Shown piece after piece: positions 15,616 to 24,683 of a stretch of 64,000 nt of DNA (positions within the stretch are counted from its first letter, which is position 1; the number at the start of each line of letters is the position of its first letter). Origin of the DNA: a virus; IMG/VR virus record IMGVR_UViG_3300045988_158809; one strand, written 5' to 3'. Position numbers and translations under genes: made by a program. Below the pieces are notes generated by a model. The model was given only the letters and a program-made list of their open reading frames with translations, had not been told where the DNA came from and did no database searches.

Positions 15616-16119
15616 ATGAACTATAGAAAAGAAACTGAACTTGGGCCGGATGCCATTCAGAAATGGTGTGAGGAATTGGACAGAAAGCCTAAGATGGAAA
15701 TGAGCGAAGAAGATACAAAAATCTTTGTAGGAATAAAGCTTAGAGAAGATAAGATAAACAATGATTTGTATTGTAAGACAATGCTTGCGATGTCTCTTGT
15801 ACATAATAGAATAAAACAGTTTCACACATTCACAGCCAACAATGCTGTGCTGATGTTTCTGGGCTGCATGATTGATCGTCCTGGTATCGCAGTGGAATAC
15901 TGTAACTATATGCAGTACAAATGCTGGCAGCACGGAATCAAACACGTTGATATGGATTCATTCAGCAGATATATTTTCCCCATGGGATTTTTCAGCGAAG
16001 AAACTCTTCATGAAATGTGGGAGAAACAGAAAATCATTCCTAAAGACGGCGGAGGTTTGGCAAATATGCTCGATCATCCGGAATTTATGGAAAGTATCAG
16101 AGAGATTAAAGAGAAGTGA
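15616..16119 (+). CDS. hypothetical protein (167 aa)
   Basis: ORF track. Confidence 0.65.
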   Translation: MNYRKETELGPDAIQKWCEELDRKPKMEMSEEDTKIFVGIKLREDKINNDLYCKTMLAMSLVHNRIKQFHTFTANNAVLMFLGCMIDRPGIAVEYCNYMQYKCWQHGIKHVDMDSFSRYIFPMGFFSEETLHEMWEKQKIIPKDGGGLANMLDHPEFMESIREIKEK

Positions 16120-16634
16120 GTATGGGAAAGGTTGTATTCGCAAAAACATCATGCAAGTCAGCTTCGGCAAAGCTTATTGACGACAGACTGGAGAAGGCTT
16201 TTGATGATCATATTTATATCGCTTACGATGCCCTGTATAATGATTACGGGGTGACAGGTGATTTGTCTGACGGATTATTTGCTGATAAACATGAATTTCA
16301 GCTTGATCCGGACGAAGCCGACATGAGCCTTTGGGAGAATATCCGCGATGACTGGTATATTCCGAAAGAAGATGCAGCAGATGAGAATCTTCGAAAGATA
16401 TGGAAAGATATTAATGAACTTTTCCCGAAGAAGTCAGAAATAGCAGAAATGCTGAAGTTGCCAGCCGGAACGGAAGTATTGGAATACGTTTCAAACCGGA
16501 AAGGTTTTGATGTGTTCGTATTCTACTTTAATTGCGAGTATAAACCGGAACTTCTGCCCGATGATTTGGAAGAGATTTCCGACAAGGAATACGAAAGACT
16601 TTCGGGCGGAATTATTGAATTTCTTAAACGATAA
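16116..16634 (+). CDS. hypothetical, strongly acidic protein (172 aa)
   Basis: ORF track; GTG 16116 overlaps the upstream stop (alternative ATG at 16122); Asp/Glu-rich. Confidence 0.6.
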   Translation: MSMGKVVFAKTSCKSASAKLIDDRLEKAFDDHIYIAYDALYNDYGVTGDLSDGLFADKHEFQLDPDEADMSLWENIRDDWYIPKEDAADENLRKIWKDINELFPKKSEIAEMLKLPAGTEVLEYVSNRKGFDVFVFYFNCEYKPELLPDDLEEISDKEYERLSGGIIEFLKR

Positions 16635-16640
16635 ATAGTT

Positions 16641-17123
16641 ATGGACAGATATTACAAAACAGCAAAGGATTCTGAAACTGGGAAGAAGCTTTCGGAATTG
16701 GTAGAAAGATATAACGATTTTGAAGTCAAGAAAAAGGAGTTTGCTGAGAAGTACGGAATAAAAGGATTTTACAGTTATGAAATGTATTTAGCCCATGTAG
16801 GTGATGTAGTGTTTAAAGACAGTTCGCATGTAGATAAAAACAACTGGAAGAAAGGCTGTGCTTCAAACGCCTACCTGCCTAAGCAGAACCCGAAAGACAG
16901 GCAGCTCAAAAAAGACTGGGAAGAGCTTCGTTCTAAATCCATCCAGCGTTTTGAGCTTGATAAGATTGTAGGAGGTAAGGATCCGTTTCACATGTGCGGA
17001 TTTGATTACTCCTCCGAAGATTACTTCTTCATCATCACAAACAAACCGGAGAAATTCGATTTTCCTTTCGACGTGATAGAGATTAGTAACCTGGAATATT
17101 TGGAACTTACAAAACAGAAATGA
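16641..17123 (+). CDS. hypothetical protein (160 aa)
   Basis: ORF track. Confidence 0.65.
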   Translation: MDRYYKTAKDSETGKKLSELVERYNDFEVKKKEFAEKYGIKGFYSYEMYLAHVGDVVFKDSSHVDKNNWKKGCASNAYLPKQNPKDRQLKKDWEELRSKSIQRFELDKIVGGKDPFHMCGFDYSSEDYFFIITNKPEKFDFPFDVIEISNLEYLELTKQK

Positions 17124-17124
17124 T

Positions 17125-18117
17125 ATGGAAAACAAATTACCGAAATATATCAAAGGACAGTTTGTGGTAATGAGAAGTATAGAAGAGCTTCGAGCCATGA
17201 ATTATAAAGACGATGTGCTTAATTTTGTCCGTCCACTTGCGGGACAGGTAGTTATTATAGATAATGTTTCTAAAGCAGCGAATTCTTATTTTTATACCGT
17301 ACGAAAGTATAAGGAAAATCATTGTGTAATGGTACATGAAGATTTTATTTTGTGCGATGCAAACGGCCGGACGCAAAGAGAATCTCTTGAATGTCGCAAT
17401 GAAATAGACAGTATAATAGCTCGTGATATTCATGTAGCGCAATTAGATACCAGCAAGTTCAATCCCAGCCCTATGGAAACATGGAAAGCCTTGTTTGCCA
17501 GTGTAGAATCTTTTCTCTCCGTTGCTTCTCCTGATATACAGGCATGGGCAGCCGGACAACTATATGGTTACTCTGAATGTCTGATGCAGCAGATAACTGA
17601 AACGCCTATAGAAGCTCCGGATACCGGGAAGGAAGATTTCAATGCTACAATTCTTGTATGTCTTGCAGATGATGTACTGGAATGTCCGAATGAATGTGGA
17701 GGAAAAGAATTTGCTACTGGTACATTTAAACTGAAAGATGGTGCTTATTTCAGTAAGTACAGGATAAAGTCGTCATGTGTAGTTTATACTTCAAAAAACA
17801 TCGGATTAAGAAGTTATAACCATAAATCCGGACTTTTTTCTTTGGGATTTACAATTCGTCAGGAAGGATTTACTGAAGAAGATTTAAAGGATTTCCTGTT
17901 TAAATTTAAGGGAAGGAGAGTGGTTTTATTGTATAAGGAAGATGACAAAACATATTATAGCTGTATTTATACCAATGATATTACTTCTTCTTATGTGAAT
18001 TTTCTTTTAGATGAATCTGGTCTGAAATATGTTAGCCTGATTGCAGAAAGAGTTTTTGCTTTAGAGATAAGATTAAAAGAAGAGGATTTGAATTTATCTG
18101 AATTATTAAAAGACTAA
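17125..18117 (+). CDS. hypothetical protein (330 aa)
   Basis: ORF track. Confidence 0.7.
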   Translation: MENKLPKYIKGQFVVMRSIEELRAMNYKDDVLNFVRPLAGQVVIIDNVSKAANSYFYTVRKYKENHCVMVHEDFILCDANGRTQRESLECRNEIDSIIARDIHVAQLDTSKFNPSPMETWKALFASVESFLSVASPDIQAWAAGQLYGYSECLMQQITETPIEAPDTGKEDFNATILVCLADDVLECPNECGGKEFATGTFKLKDGAYFSKYRIKSSCVVYTSKNIGLRSYNHKSGLFSLGFTIRQEGFTEEDLKDFLFKFKGRRVVLLYKEDDKTYYSCIYTNDITSSYVNFLLDESGLKYVSLIAERVFALEIRLKEEDLNLSELLKD

Positions 18118-18121
18118 TTCT

Positions 18122-18418
18122 ATGAATAACCTGATACAAATACCTCCCATAACCAACCGATTGGGGCAGGGTTGGGAACAGCCGGATGCAGCCGAAATAC
18201 TGGTGGACGATGAATATGCAGTAATGTCGAAGGAAGCTTTCGATAAACTAAAAGACTATACAGCTTCTCAACCTACAGCACTTTATAATGGGAAGATGTG
18301 GAAAGCATGTTATCGTACGAAAGACGGCCCGTTATGGGTGTTGCACTACTGTTTCAATGAGGATATGGAAAATAATCTGATAGATATCGCCGCACGTGAT
18401 ATTTTGATTTTGGAATAA
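18122..18418 (+). CDS. hypothetical protein (98 aa)
   Basis: ORF track. Confidence 0.6.
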   Translation: MNNLIQIPPITNRLGQGWEQPDAAEILVDDEYAVMSKEAFDKLKDYTASQPTALYNGKMWKACYRTKDGPLWVLHYCFNEDMENNLIDIAARDILILE

Positions 18419-18438
18419 CACAGAAAGGAGAAAGACAC

Positions 18439-19215
18439 ATGTTCACATTGACACAAGCTACACCCACCGGCGGAGATTGTACCGCCGGTTACGATGTGAA
18501 ATTCAGTAATGAATATACCGTAAGAGAGCTTATAGAAGAAGTTTTAAAGACGCATCCCGGAGAGTGGGGATATTTCGAGTTAAAGAATTTAGGAGTCAGA
18601 ACGGATTATAAGCGTGGAAGACTGCTGAAACAGCATTTTGCCGATGAACTTCTGAACTCAAAGATAGTGAAAGCTTATGCTTCGGGCGGATGGTCACGTA
18701 TGGATTATTACCTGACCATAGAGCTGAAAGACGAGCATCCGGATAAATCAGTAAAACCTACTGAAGTGAAAGGGTGTTTCCAGAATGGAAATAACCACCC
18801 GCAACCTTTGGAAACGCTGGTTCCTCTCCGGTATAGTGAGGAAAATCAGAAAGACCTTCAGATAGTAAAGCTGAAAAGGATTATCGAGGACTACAAGAAG
18901 TATGACGCACGAAGGAAGGAATATTACGCTAAATCTATGATTCGACTGGGGATGCTTGAATCCGCATTCGATGAATTGAAAGAGTGCGGTTCCTACAATT
19001 CGCTAAAGGCAAAAGTTTTGTCTCAAAGAATTGAGATTGCCAGGTTGCTTCGCATACAGGGAGTAAATGAACTGTACCACAAGATAGACCCGGACATGAT
19101 TGATCACATAAAGTCTGTTTCTGAACTGATAATAGAGAATGAGGAGCTGAAGAAACGGGTCGATAGTTTGAACTACATTGTCAGCAAGCTGCTGAGAAAG
19201 GAGAATAATCAATGA
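18439..19215 (+). CDS. hypothetical protein with coiled-coil C-terminus (258 aa)
   Basis: ORF track; AAAGGAGA 7 nt upstream of the ATG. Confidence 0.7.
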   Translation: MFTLTQATPTGGDCTAGYDVKFSNEYTVRELIEEVLKTHPGEWGYFELKNLGVRTDYKRGRLLKQHFADELLNSKIVKAYASGGWSRMDYYLTIELKDEHPDKSVKPTEVKGCFQNGNNHPQPLETLVPLRYSEENQKDLQIVKLKRIIEDYKKYDARRKEYYAKSMIRLGMLESAFDELKECGSYNSLKAKVLSQRIEIARLLRIQGVNELYHKIDPDMIDHIKSVSELIIENEELKKRVDSLNYIVSKLLRKENNQ

Positions 19216-19442
19216 TAAACAAAAGAATGAAATCCCTTCTGCTTCCCCTTATCCTGGGGATGGCCGCGTCGGGGAATCCGAAAGAAGTGTTTGCTTCTTC
19301 GTTCCCTCAGAAGCCGAAATACAACCCCGATTATAAGCCGGAACAATCCCATCGTGAGTTGAAAGAGTTTTGTATCAAAGGTAAGAAAGTGATGGCCTAT
19401 TCGCGCAAGGATGCGATAGTCCGGTTAAGACATAAGAAATAG
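19212..19442 (+). CDS. hypothetical secreted/membrane protein (76 aa)
   Basis: ORF track; N-terminal hydrophobic segment; ATGA overlap with the upstream gene. Confidence 0.55.
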   Translation: MINKRMKSLLLPLILGMAASGNPKEVFASSFPQKPKYNPDYKPEQSHRELKEFCIKGKKVMAYSRKDAIVRLRHKK

Positions 19443-19443
19443 A

Positions 19444-19701
19444 ATGATGGAATGGACTAATTTAAGACAGTTTTTTGCAGACACATTATCAGAAAATTTA
19501 ATTGCCGCCATGCTTATACAGTGGGCCATAGTGGGACTTTTCTATTTGTTCTGCTACATCGATAAGGTGAAGCCTTCTACTATGTGGTCGCGCTACATTG
19601 TGTTAGGTGTTGCTTTAGTGATTACTTTTTTGTTTGCTGGTATTTGTTTTGGATATGCTTCTATAGATATTTATCATTTTGTAAGGAGCTGGATTTTTTA
19701 A
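19444..19701 (+). CDS. hypothetical membrane protein (85 aa)
   Basis: ORF track; about three hydrophobic segments. Confidence 0.55.
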   Translation: MMEWTNLRQFFADTLSENLIAAMLIQWAIVGLFYLFCYIDKVKPSTMWSRYIVLGVALVITFLFAGICFGYASIDIYHFVRSWIF

Positions 19702-19713
19702 TGTAGATGATTC

Positions 19714-19959
19714 ATGAATAAGTTTTATTACCTACACATCGCTCCGATAATCTGCCGGATATTCGGCCATAAATGGGATGGGGAATGTTATTCATTTCTT
19801 GACGCTTATGACATCGGCATACGGCGTTTCAATCGCGGAAGGAAAGGCGGAAAACGGCGTCCTCAGATATACCGTAAACGTAGTAAGCAAACTTTTGAAT
19901 ATTGCAGCCGGTGTGGTGAAGTAATGACAAAAACAGAAAGGAGAAAACTACATAAATAA
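19714..19959 (+). CDS. hypothetical zinc-ribbon, basic protein (81 aa)
   Basis: CRIFGHKW...CSRCG Cys/His pairs. Confidence 0.55.
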   Translation: MNKFYYLHIAPIICRIFGHKWDGECYSFLDAYDIGIRRFNRGRKGGKRRPQIYRKRSKQTFEYCSRCGEVMTKTERRKLHK

Positions 19960-20149
19960 TACCTATCCCTACACACCCGACAGCAAATAGTATTGTCCGA
20001 AGTGGAACAGAAGGCAGGCTTCGACAAACGATAACGGCACCACCTCTCCGCGTAAATCTTGCTTGCGTCTGCAGTACGAGCTACAAGGATGAAACAGTAG
20101 TAGCGGAAAATTGGACGAGCGGGAAATGGGGATCTAAAAACTAAAGAAG

Positions 20150-20302
20150 ATGATTGAAGTTTTAGAATTTATATTTCAAGATTTTTGGCATTGGATTGGG
20201 ACGGTGATACTCCTTTGCTGTACTCCTGTTCCGTTTAGCCGAAATGGATTCGAATTTAATATAGGTAAAAAACAATCTAAAGACGAGGAGGAGAAGAAGT
20301 GA
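20150..20302 (+). CDS. possible small membrane protein (50 aa)
   Basis: Not in the ORF track (under 60 aa). ATG 20150; the stop overlaps GTG 20299 of the next gene; hydrophobic WHWIGTVILLCCTPVPF. Confidence 0.3.
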   Translation: MIEVLEFIFQDFWHWIGTVILLCCTPVPFSRNGFEFNIGKKQSKDEEEKK

Positions 20303-20697
20303 GCAAACAAGTATTAGATATAGAACAAATGAAGCACTTGCAGGAGCTTGGGTTAGATACAAGCAAAGCAAGTATGTGTTATGTGGTAGACGACAGTAAA
20401 GCGTACAAGCCTATACTGTGTGTTTCTGGTAATGAAAGCGAGTATCTGGATGCGATTTCCTATTCCGTTCCTGCTTTTACGTTGCAGGATATAATAGATT
20501 TTTTTCCTGTAAACATAGACGGATATGTTTTGAGCATAGGTAAAAAAGGTGTAGCGTATAACAGATATGAGGATTTAGAAACTAAAGTCGGGAAAGGAGA
20601 CCGTGAATTGATAGACGCTGCTTATAAAATGCTTTGCTGGTGCATTGAAAACAAGCATATAGATAAAAGACATTTAAGCCATGAAACGAAAGTATAA
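20299..20697 (+). CDS. hypothetical protein, member of an in-window paralog family (132 aa)
   Basis: GTG start preceded by GAGGAGGAG. The C-terminal AAYKMLCWCIENKHIDKRHL resembles the ends of 24684..25277 and 34198..34617. Confidence 0.6.
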   Translation: MSKQVLDIEQMKHLQELGLDTSKASMCYVVDDSKAYKPILCVSGNESEYLDAISYSVPAFTLQDIIDFFPVNIDGYVLSIGKKGVAYNRYEDLETKVGKGDRELIDAAYKMLCWCIENKHIDKRHLSHETKV

Positions 20698-20884
20698 ATA
20701 CACCCTCATAGTGGAGTTGTTGGGATTCATCGGTTCATACATCATTTATGCCTGTTGCACCTGTAGACTTGATATTTGGAATTTACCGGAGAGTTTTTTT
20801 CGCATGTTCCTGGTTTCGACAATAGTCATGTGCCTGATTGGAGGGATACTGGTGAATTTAGTCGAAAATGAAATAGAAAAATAG
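20681..20884 (+). CDS. hypothetical membrane protein (67 aa)
   Basis: ORF track; two hydrophobic segments. Confidence 0.5.
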   Translation: MKRKYKYTLIVELLGFIGSYIIYACCTCRLDIWNLPESFFRMFLVSTIVMCLIGGILVNLVENEIEK

Positions 20885-20915
20885 TGATACAGATTAAATA
20901 GGAAAGGAGTTTAAA

Positions 20916-21392
20916 ATGAAGATAACGCCAAAATTTGAATACGTGACAGGAAGCTTTGATACTGATAATGTCAAGATGCTTTGCCTGGCAAACGAGAACC
21001 ATGGGAAAGTAGAATTATGTATAGAAGAAAATCCTAATGGATTTAATTTCCCGATATCAACTATAAAGCTACATAGCAGAGACCTTTATGTTGATTTCAA
21101 GGAAACGCTGGAAGATGCCAAATGTTTAGGAAAAGAAATAGCAAGAAGGTGGAATGAGTTTCCTTCTTGGCGTGACGTGTCGGACGAGAAATATCCTATA
21201 GACAAGGAAGTATTTTGTAGAATGAAATCGAATGGAGCGATTGTAAGTGGATATATCTATAAAGACAATGGCAAATACAAGGTGGCTACGTCTCCCAATT
21301 TTCATTTTGAAGATTACGGCGATTACGAATGCGATTTATATATGTTGATACCGGGAATGCCGGATAATGATACGACCAAAGAGGAGGAATAA
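20916..21392 (+). CDS. hypothetical protein (158 aa)
   Basis: ORF track; AAAGGAG upstream. Confidence 0.65.
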   Translation: MKITPKFEYVTGSFDTDNVKMLCLANENHGKVELCIEENPNGFNFPISTIKLHSRDLYVDFKETLEDAKCLGKEIARRWNEFPSWRDVSDEKYPIDKEVFCRMKSNGAIVSGYIYKDNGKYKVATSPNFHFEDYGDYECDLYMLIPGMPDNDTTKEEE

Positions 21393-21395
21393 ACC

Positions 21396-21698
21396 ATGAC
21401 AGTACACAGAGTTGCAGCCAGTCTGCAAGGAATAAGGAAACATCTTTGGAAAAAGAATCTTCATAGGTTCTTTACGGTAAATGGCCGGTATCTTACCGAC
21501 GACGAAGTGCGCAAAGTAGTGGACTACGGAATATCAAAGGGATATGACACGAATAAGGAATTTACGGACGAAGAGATTATTAATTTATTAGGCTGGAAAA
21601 ATGAGAAAACAGGATTATGTATCGATAGAAGTGGCAAAGTTGCTTCAGGAGAAAGGATTCAGGGAGCCGTGCAAGGGAACTTATTTGATGGAGTTTAA
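21396..21698 (+). CDS. hypothetical protein (100 aa)
   Basis: ORF track; GAGGAGG upstream; the 3' end overlaps the next ORF by 98 nt, so the extent is uncertain. Confidence 0.45.
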   Translation: MTVHRVAASLQGIRKHLWKKNLHRFFTVNGRYLTDDEVRKVVDYGISKGYDTNKEFTDEEIINLLGWKNEKTGLCIDRSGKVASGERIQGAVQGNLFDGV

Positions 21699-22017
21699 AG
21701 ACAGATACGATTTGTTTGTTTATGACAGAAAGAAGACTTTTAAATATTTGTCCCGCATTCCTTCAAAGGGAATACAGTTGCAGTATCTTGCGCCTACAAT
21801 CTATGAAGCACGAGATTGGATCATGAAGAAATATAATATCGTACTGCTTGTGGACTGGAATGAAACATTCTCTTCCAGGAATGGATATAGTCCTCTTCAC
21901 TTCGGATTCAAGATATATAAGAAATTGGAAGTTAGAGGATACTATGAAACGATGGAGCAAGCTTTAGATGCAGGAATATTGTATGTATTGGAAAATGAAG
22001 ATTTATGGGAAAATTGA
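21601..22017 (+). CDS. hypothetical protein, distant member of the paralog family (138 aa)
   Basis: The N-terminal VSIEVAKLLQEKGF resembles the N-termini of 20299 and 34198. Confidence 0.55.
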   Translation: MRKQDYVSIEVAKLLQEKGFREPCKGTYLMEFKDRYDLFVYDRKKTFKYLSRIPSKGIQLQYLAPTIYEARDWIMKKYNIVLLVDWNETFSSRNGYSPLHFGFKIYKKLEVRGYYETMEQALDAGILYVLENEDLWEN

Positions 22018-22223
22018 ATTTTAGAGGAAACGGAGATACTACAAAAAATATTGCAACAGTTTTTAATCAATTATGTGAAGATCTGGAAAACTTAGGCGAA
22101 ATGGATCAAAGTTATTGGGCTTTACATCTTCGAGGTAATAAAGCCACACTAAGAAGCCGTGCTAAACAGATAGTTATGAGGGCGAAATTGTTGCAGGAAG
22201 CGATAAATAGTTATACAGCCTAA
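22005..22223 (+). CDS. hypothetical protein (72 aa)
   Basis: ORF track. Confidence 0.5.
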   Translation: MGKLNFRGNGDTTKNIATVFNQLCEDLENLGEMDQSYWALHLRGNKATLRSRAKQIVMRAKLLQEAINSYTA

Positions 22224-22234
22224 ACAAACATACT

Positions 22235-22459
22235 ATGTTTAACGGAGAATTTAAAATCGGTGAGGTATTTCAGTGCGGACTTCTCAAACTGAAAGTAGTA
22301 GAAGCATCAAATCCCCTTCATGTACTGGATGCGACCTTGACGTTTTTGCTGATTGTTATGGCCATTTGTACAGTCTTGTGGGATTGTGCCGGGAAAGAAA
22401 AGATAATAAGAATGTCATCTTTAAAATTGTGGATGGAATATGACAATAGAAGAATTTAG
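22235..22459 (+). CDS. hypothetical protein (74 aa)
   Basis: ORF track. Confidence 0.45.
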   Translation: MFNGEFKIGEVFQCGLLKLKVVEASNPLHVLDATLTFLLIVMAICTVLWDCAGKEKIIRMSSLKLWMEYDNRRI

Positions 22460-22640
22460 TAAAACCGGATTTCATGCAGGAATGAAGGTGAGATACAAGT
22501 GCGAAATAAGAGATTTGGTTTCTGTAGATTTTGAAGAAAATCTTATCGGGATTGAATCTGGAGAAATAGAATGTGAAGAGTGCGGACATGTTGAGACAGG
22601 CATTCAATGGGTAAGATGTGAAAACTGTGATTTGATTTAG
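22440..22640 (+). CDS. hypothetical protein (66 aa)
   Basis: ORF track; CEECG...C.NC Cys pairs. Confidence 0.5.
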   Translation: MTIEEFSKTGFHAGMKVRYKCEIRDLVSVDFEENLIGIESGEIECEECGHVETGIQWVRCENCDLI

Positions 22641-22652
22641 GAGGACTGACAC

Positions 22653-23048
22653 ATGATACTACACAGATTTTGTTCCCAGGAAGAATTTGACAGCTATAAT
22701 CGTGGAGACCGGCTTGTAAACAATAAGGATCACAGCAAAACCCGCGGAAAGGCGACTACATCCGTCGGCTTTTGCTGGTTCACGGAAGACCCTGAGAAAG
22801 CCAAACACAGGCTGTCAGGAATTGTAGATTTCGATGTCTGCATTACGGTTGAAACAGATGCAAGCAATGTGAAGGAATCGAAAGGCCGTTATTGTGTAAA
22901 CGGAAAACGAGGTGTTTACCTTACCGAATATTGCTGTACTACATACGATAACACCCGGTTCCGACTCGTGGAAGCAACGGACAAATATAAATCGTATGCT
23001 CCCAATTTCCGTGATTTGAAACGGATAATGCCGTGGATGTTTGTATAA
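22653..23048 (+). CDS. hypothetical protein (131 aa)
   Basis: ORF track; AGGAGG 6 nt upstream. Confidence 0.65.
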   Translation: MILHRFCSQEEFDSYNRGDRLVNNKDHSKTRGKATTSVGFCWFTEDPEKAKHRLSGIVDFDVCITVETDASNVKESKGRYCVNGKRGVYLTEYCCTTYDNTRFRLVEATDKYKSYAPNFRDLKRIMPWMFV

Positions 23049-23073
23049 TATAAAAAACTAAGGAGAAAAGGAA

Positions 23074-23295
23074 ATGATACAGAAAGTAGATATGTACGCA
23101 TGTGTATGCGACAGATGTAGCAAAACACATGTAAACGAGAATTTAGGATATGTAGCTTGGACAGATGGAAGTCGGGCTTTTGAAGATGCAGAAGAAGCCG
23201 GTTGGACTGAAATAGACGGAAAATATTACTGCCCTGATTGCTATGAATATGACGAAGAAACAGACGAGTATAAACCAAAATCAAAGGAAGACTAA
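23074..23295 (+). CDS. hypothetical zinc-finger protein (73 aa)
   Basis: CVCDRC ... CPDC; AAGGAG upstream. Confidence 0.55.
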   Translation: MIQKVDMYACVCDRCSKTHVNENLGYVAWTDGSRAFEDAEEAGWTEIDGKYYCPDCYEYDEETDEYKPKSKED

Positions 23296-23299
23296 AAAA

Positions 23300-23566
23300 A
23301 TGACACCAGAAGAATATATAAAATCAAAAAGACGTGAAGATTACCCAGGAGGACAGCTTTGTTATACTGTATCAGAAGAAACCGCCTTGGAAGCTGTGAG
23401 AATGGCAAGGGAAGAAAAGGATAATTCAGCAATTCAAAATACAGGAATATTTGGTCAGCAAGGTTGGATATGTCCTAAGTGCGGAAGAGTTTATTCTCCG
23501 TTCACTTCAATGTGTAGTTTTTGTTCAAATGACAACATTTTTAAAACAACTTGCATGACTAAGTGA
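23300..23566 (+). CDS. hypothetical zinc-ribbon protein (88 aa)
   Basis: The ORF-track start 23243 overlaps the upstream gene; ATG 23300 follows its stop; CPKCG...CSFC. Confidence 0.5.
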   Translation: MTPEEYIKSKRREDYPGGQLCYTVSEETALEAVRMAREEKDNSAIQNTGIFGQQGWICPKCGRVYSPFTSMCSFCSNDNIFKTTCMTK

Positions 23567-23610
23567 TATTATTATTTACGAATTATTAAAAACATTAAGG
23601 AGGACAAACA

Positions 23611-23856
23611 ATGATAACAACACAATTCATCTTAAACGTAATATGGGCTTTGCTCGGAATAGCAATATTCATCTACTCATTTATCGCCATACGCGAACAG
23701 CGAAGAAAAACAAAGTTTGAATCCCTCATGCTTCACTTCCGCTACATCGAACAACTTACGAAGATGCGCGACATCTTCCGCAGCTACGGAATGAACCAGG
23801 CAGCCGATAACCTCGACAACGACATCAAGAAACTTATAAATGACCTGAAGATATGA
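23611..23856 (+). CDS. hypothetical membrane-anchored protein (81 aa)
   Basis: N-terminal TM segment; AAGGAGG upstream. Confidence 0.55.
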   Translation: MITTQFILNVIWALLGIAIFIYSFIAIREQRRKTKFESLMLHFRYIEQLTKMRDIFRSYGMNQAADNLDNDIKKLINDLKI

Positions 23857-23878
23857 GTGTCGTAAAACTCTCCGAAAG

Positions 23879-24109
23879 ATGATAAAACTTTTTCGCGCAG
23901 ACCAGCTTTTCCCGTCATCGTACGTGGTGGCGGTGAAAAGCCTGCATAAGACAGTATCCAAATGCCGCGAGCTGACCGGAAGCATCCTTCAGAAGCTTAT
24001 CGATGATGGGTACATCCCGGAGGAGAAGAAAGAAGAAATGCTCTCCCTCTTCGACCGGGAAATGAACGAGTATTTACAGTTCAAGAAAATAGAAAAGAAA
24101 CGTAAATGA
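23879..24109 (+). CDS. hypothetical protein (76 aa)
   Basis: ORF track. Confidence 0.5.
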   Translation: MIKLFRADQLFPSSYVVAVKSLHKTVSKCRELTGSILQKLIDDGYIPEEKKEEMLSLFDREMNEYLQFKKIEKKRK

Positions 24110-24119
24110 ATTTGAAGAT

Positions 24120-24665
24120 ATGAAAGAATTAAAAATGTATGGAGGTCAGAGCATAGGTGATGCCTACAGACTTATGAAAGATTATTCTCGCCGCACAGGT
24201 GAAGTTTGCTTTGTAAACTTTAATGATCAGATATTGTATTCTTATGATAGCTGGAATGCAATTTACATGAAGGTTACTCATAGGAACAGACGTGCATTTG
24301 AAAAGATGATGCGTGACAGTCAGAGAAAGATTAAAGAATCATTCAGACGTTATTTGGCATCTTTGCCGAAGTGGAGAAGAGAATTGAAAAGCAAGGCCCG
24401 TGGCGTGATAGATGATAAATATCTTGATAAATGGGACGAGTGCGTGAATATCAGGACGAAGGATTTGTATCGCGGATTTGAATTAAAGTGTGTTCTGGAA
24501 CTTATACAAGAGCTGAATCGGGATATTCCAAAGAACGAGAGATTTGAAAACTGTAAAGCGATAATGTTTCGTCAGGACCATACGGGAGGAAGTGCATATA
24601 TGACTCTTTCTTGTTTACGTGCTTTCCATGATTTAGGAGAAGAAGCTTCCTTATATCTTCGTTGA
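24120..24665 (+). CDS. hypothetical protein (181 aa)
   Basis: ORF track. Confidence 0.65.
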   Translation: MKELKMYGGQSIGDAYRLMKDYSRRTGEVCFVNFNDQILYSYDSWNAIYMKVTHRNRRAFEKMMRDSQRKIKESFRRYLASLPKWRRELKSKARGVIDDKYLDKWDECVNIRTKDLYRGFELKCVLELIQELNRDIPKNERFENCKAIMFRQDHTGGSAYMTLSCLRAFHDLGEEASLYLR

Positions 24666-24683
24666 ACTTAAAAGGATACCTTC

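Noticed and set aside
19956-20140. Open frame without a start codon downstream of 19714..19959, considered as a -1 frameshift extension
   Set aside because: The frame opens only 1 nt before the stop codon, and there is no slippery heptamer or stimulatory structure. I kept it as an unexplained non-coding gap.
21601-21698. 98-nt overlap of ORFs 21396..21698 and 21601..22017, considered as programmed frameshifting
   Set aside because: No slippery site was recognised. The downstream ORF has a family-typical N-terminus starting at its own ATG, so the overlap is more likely real or the upstream ORF is shorter in function.
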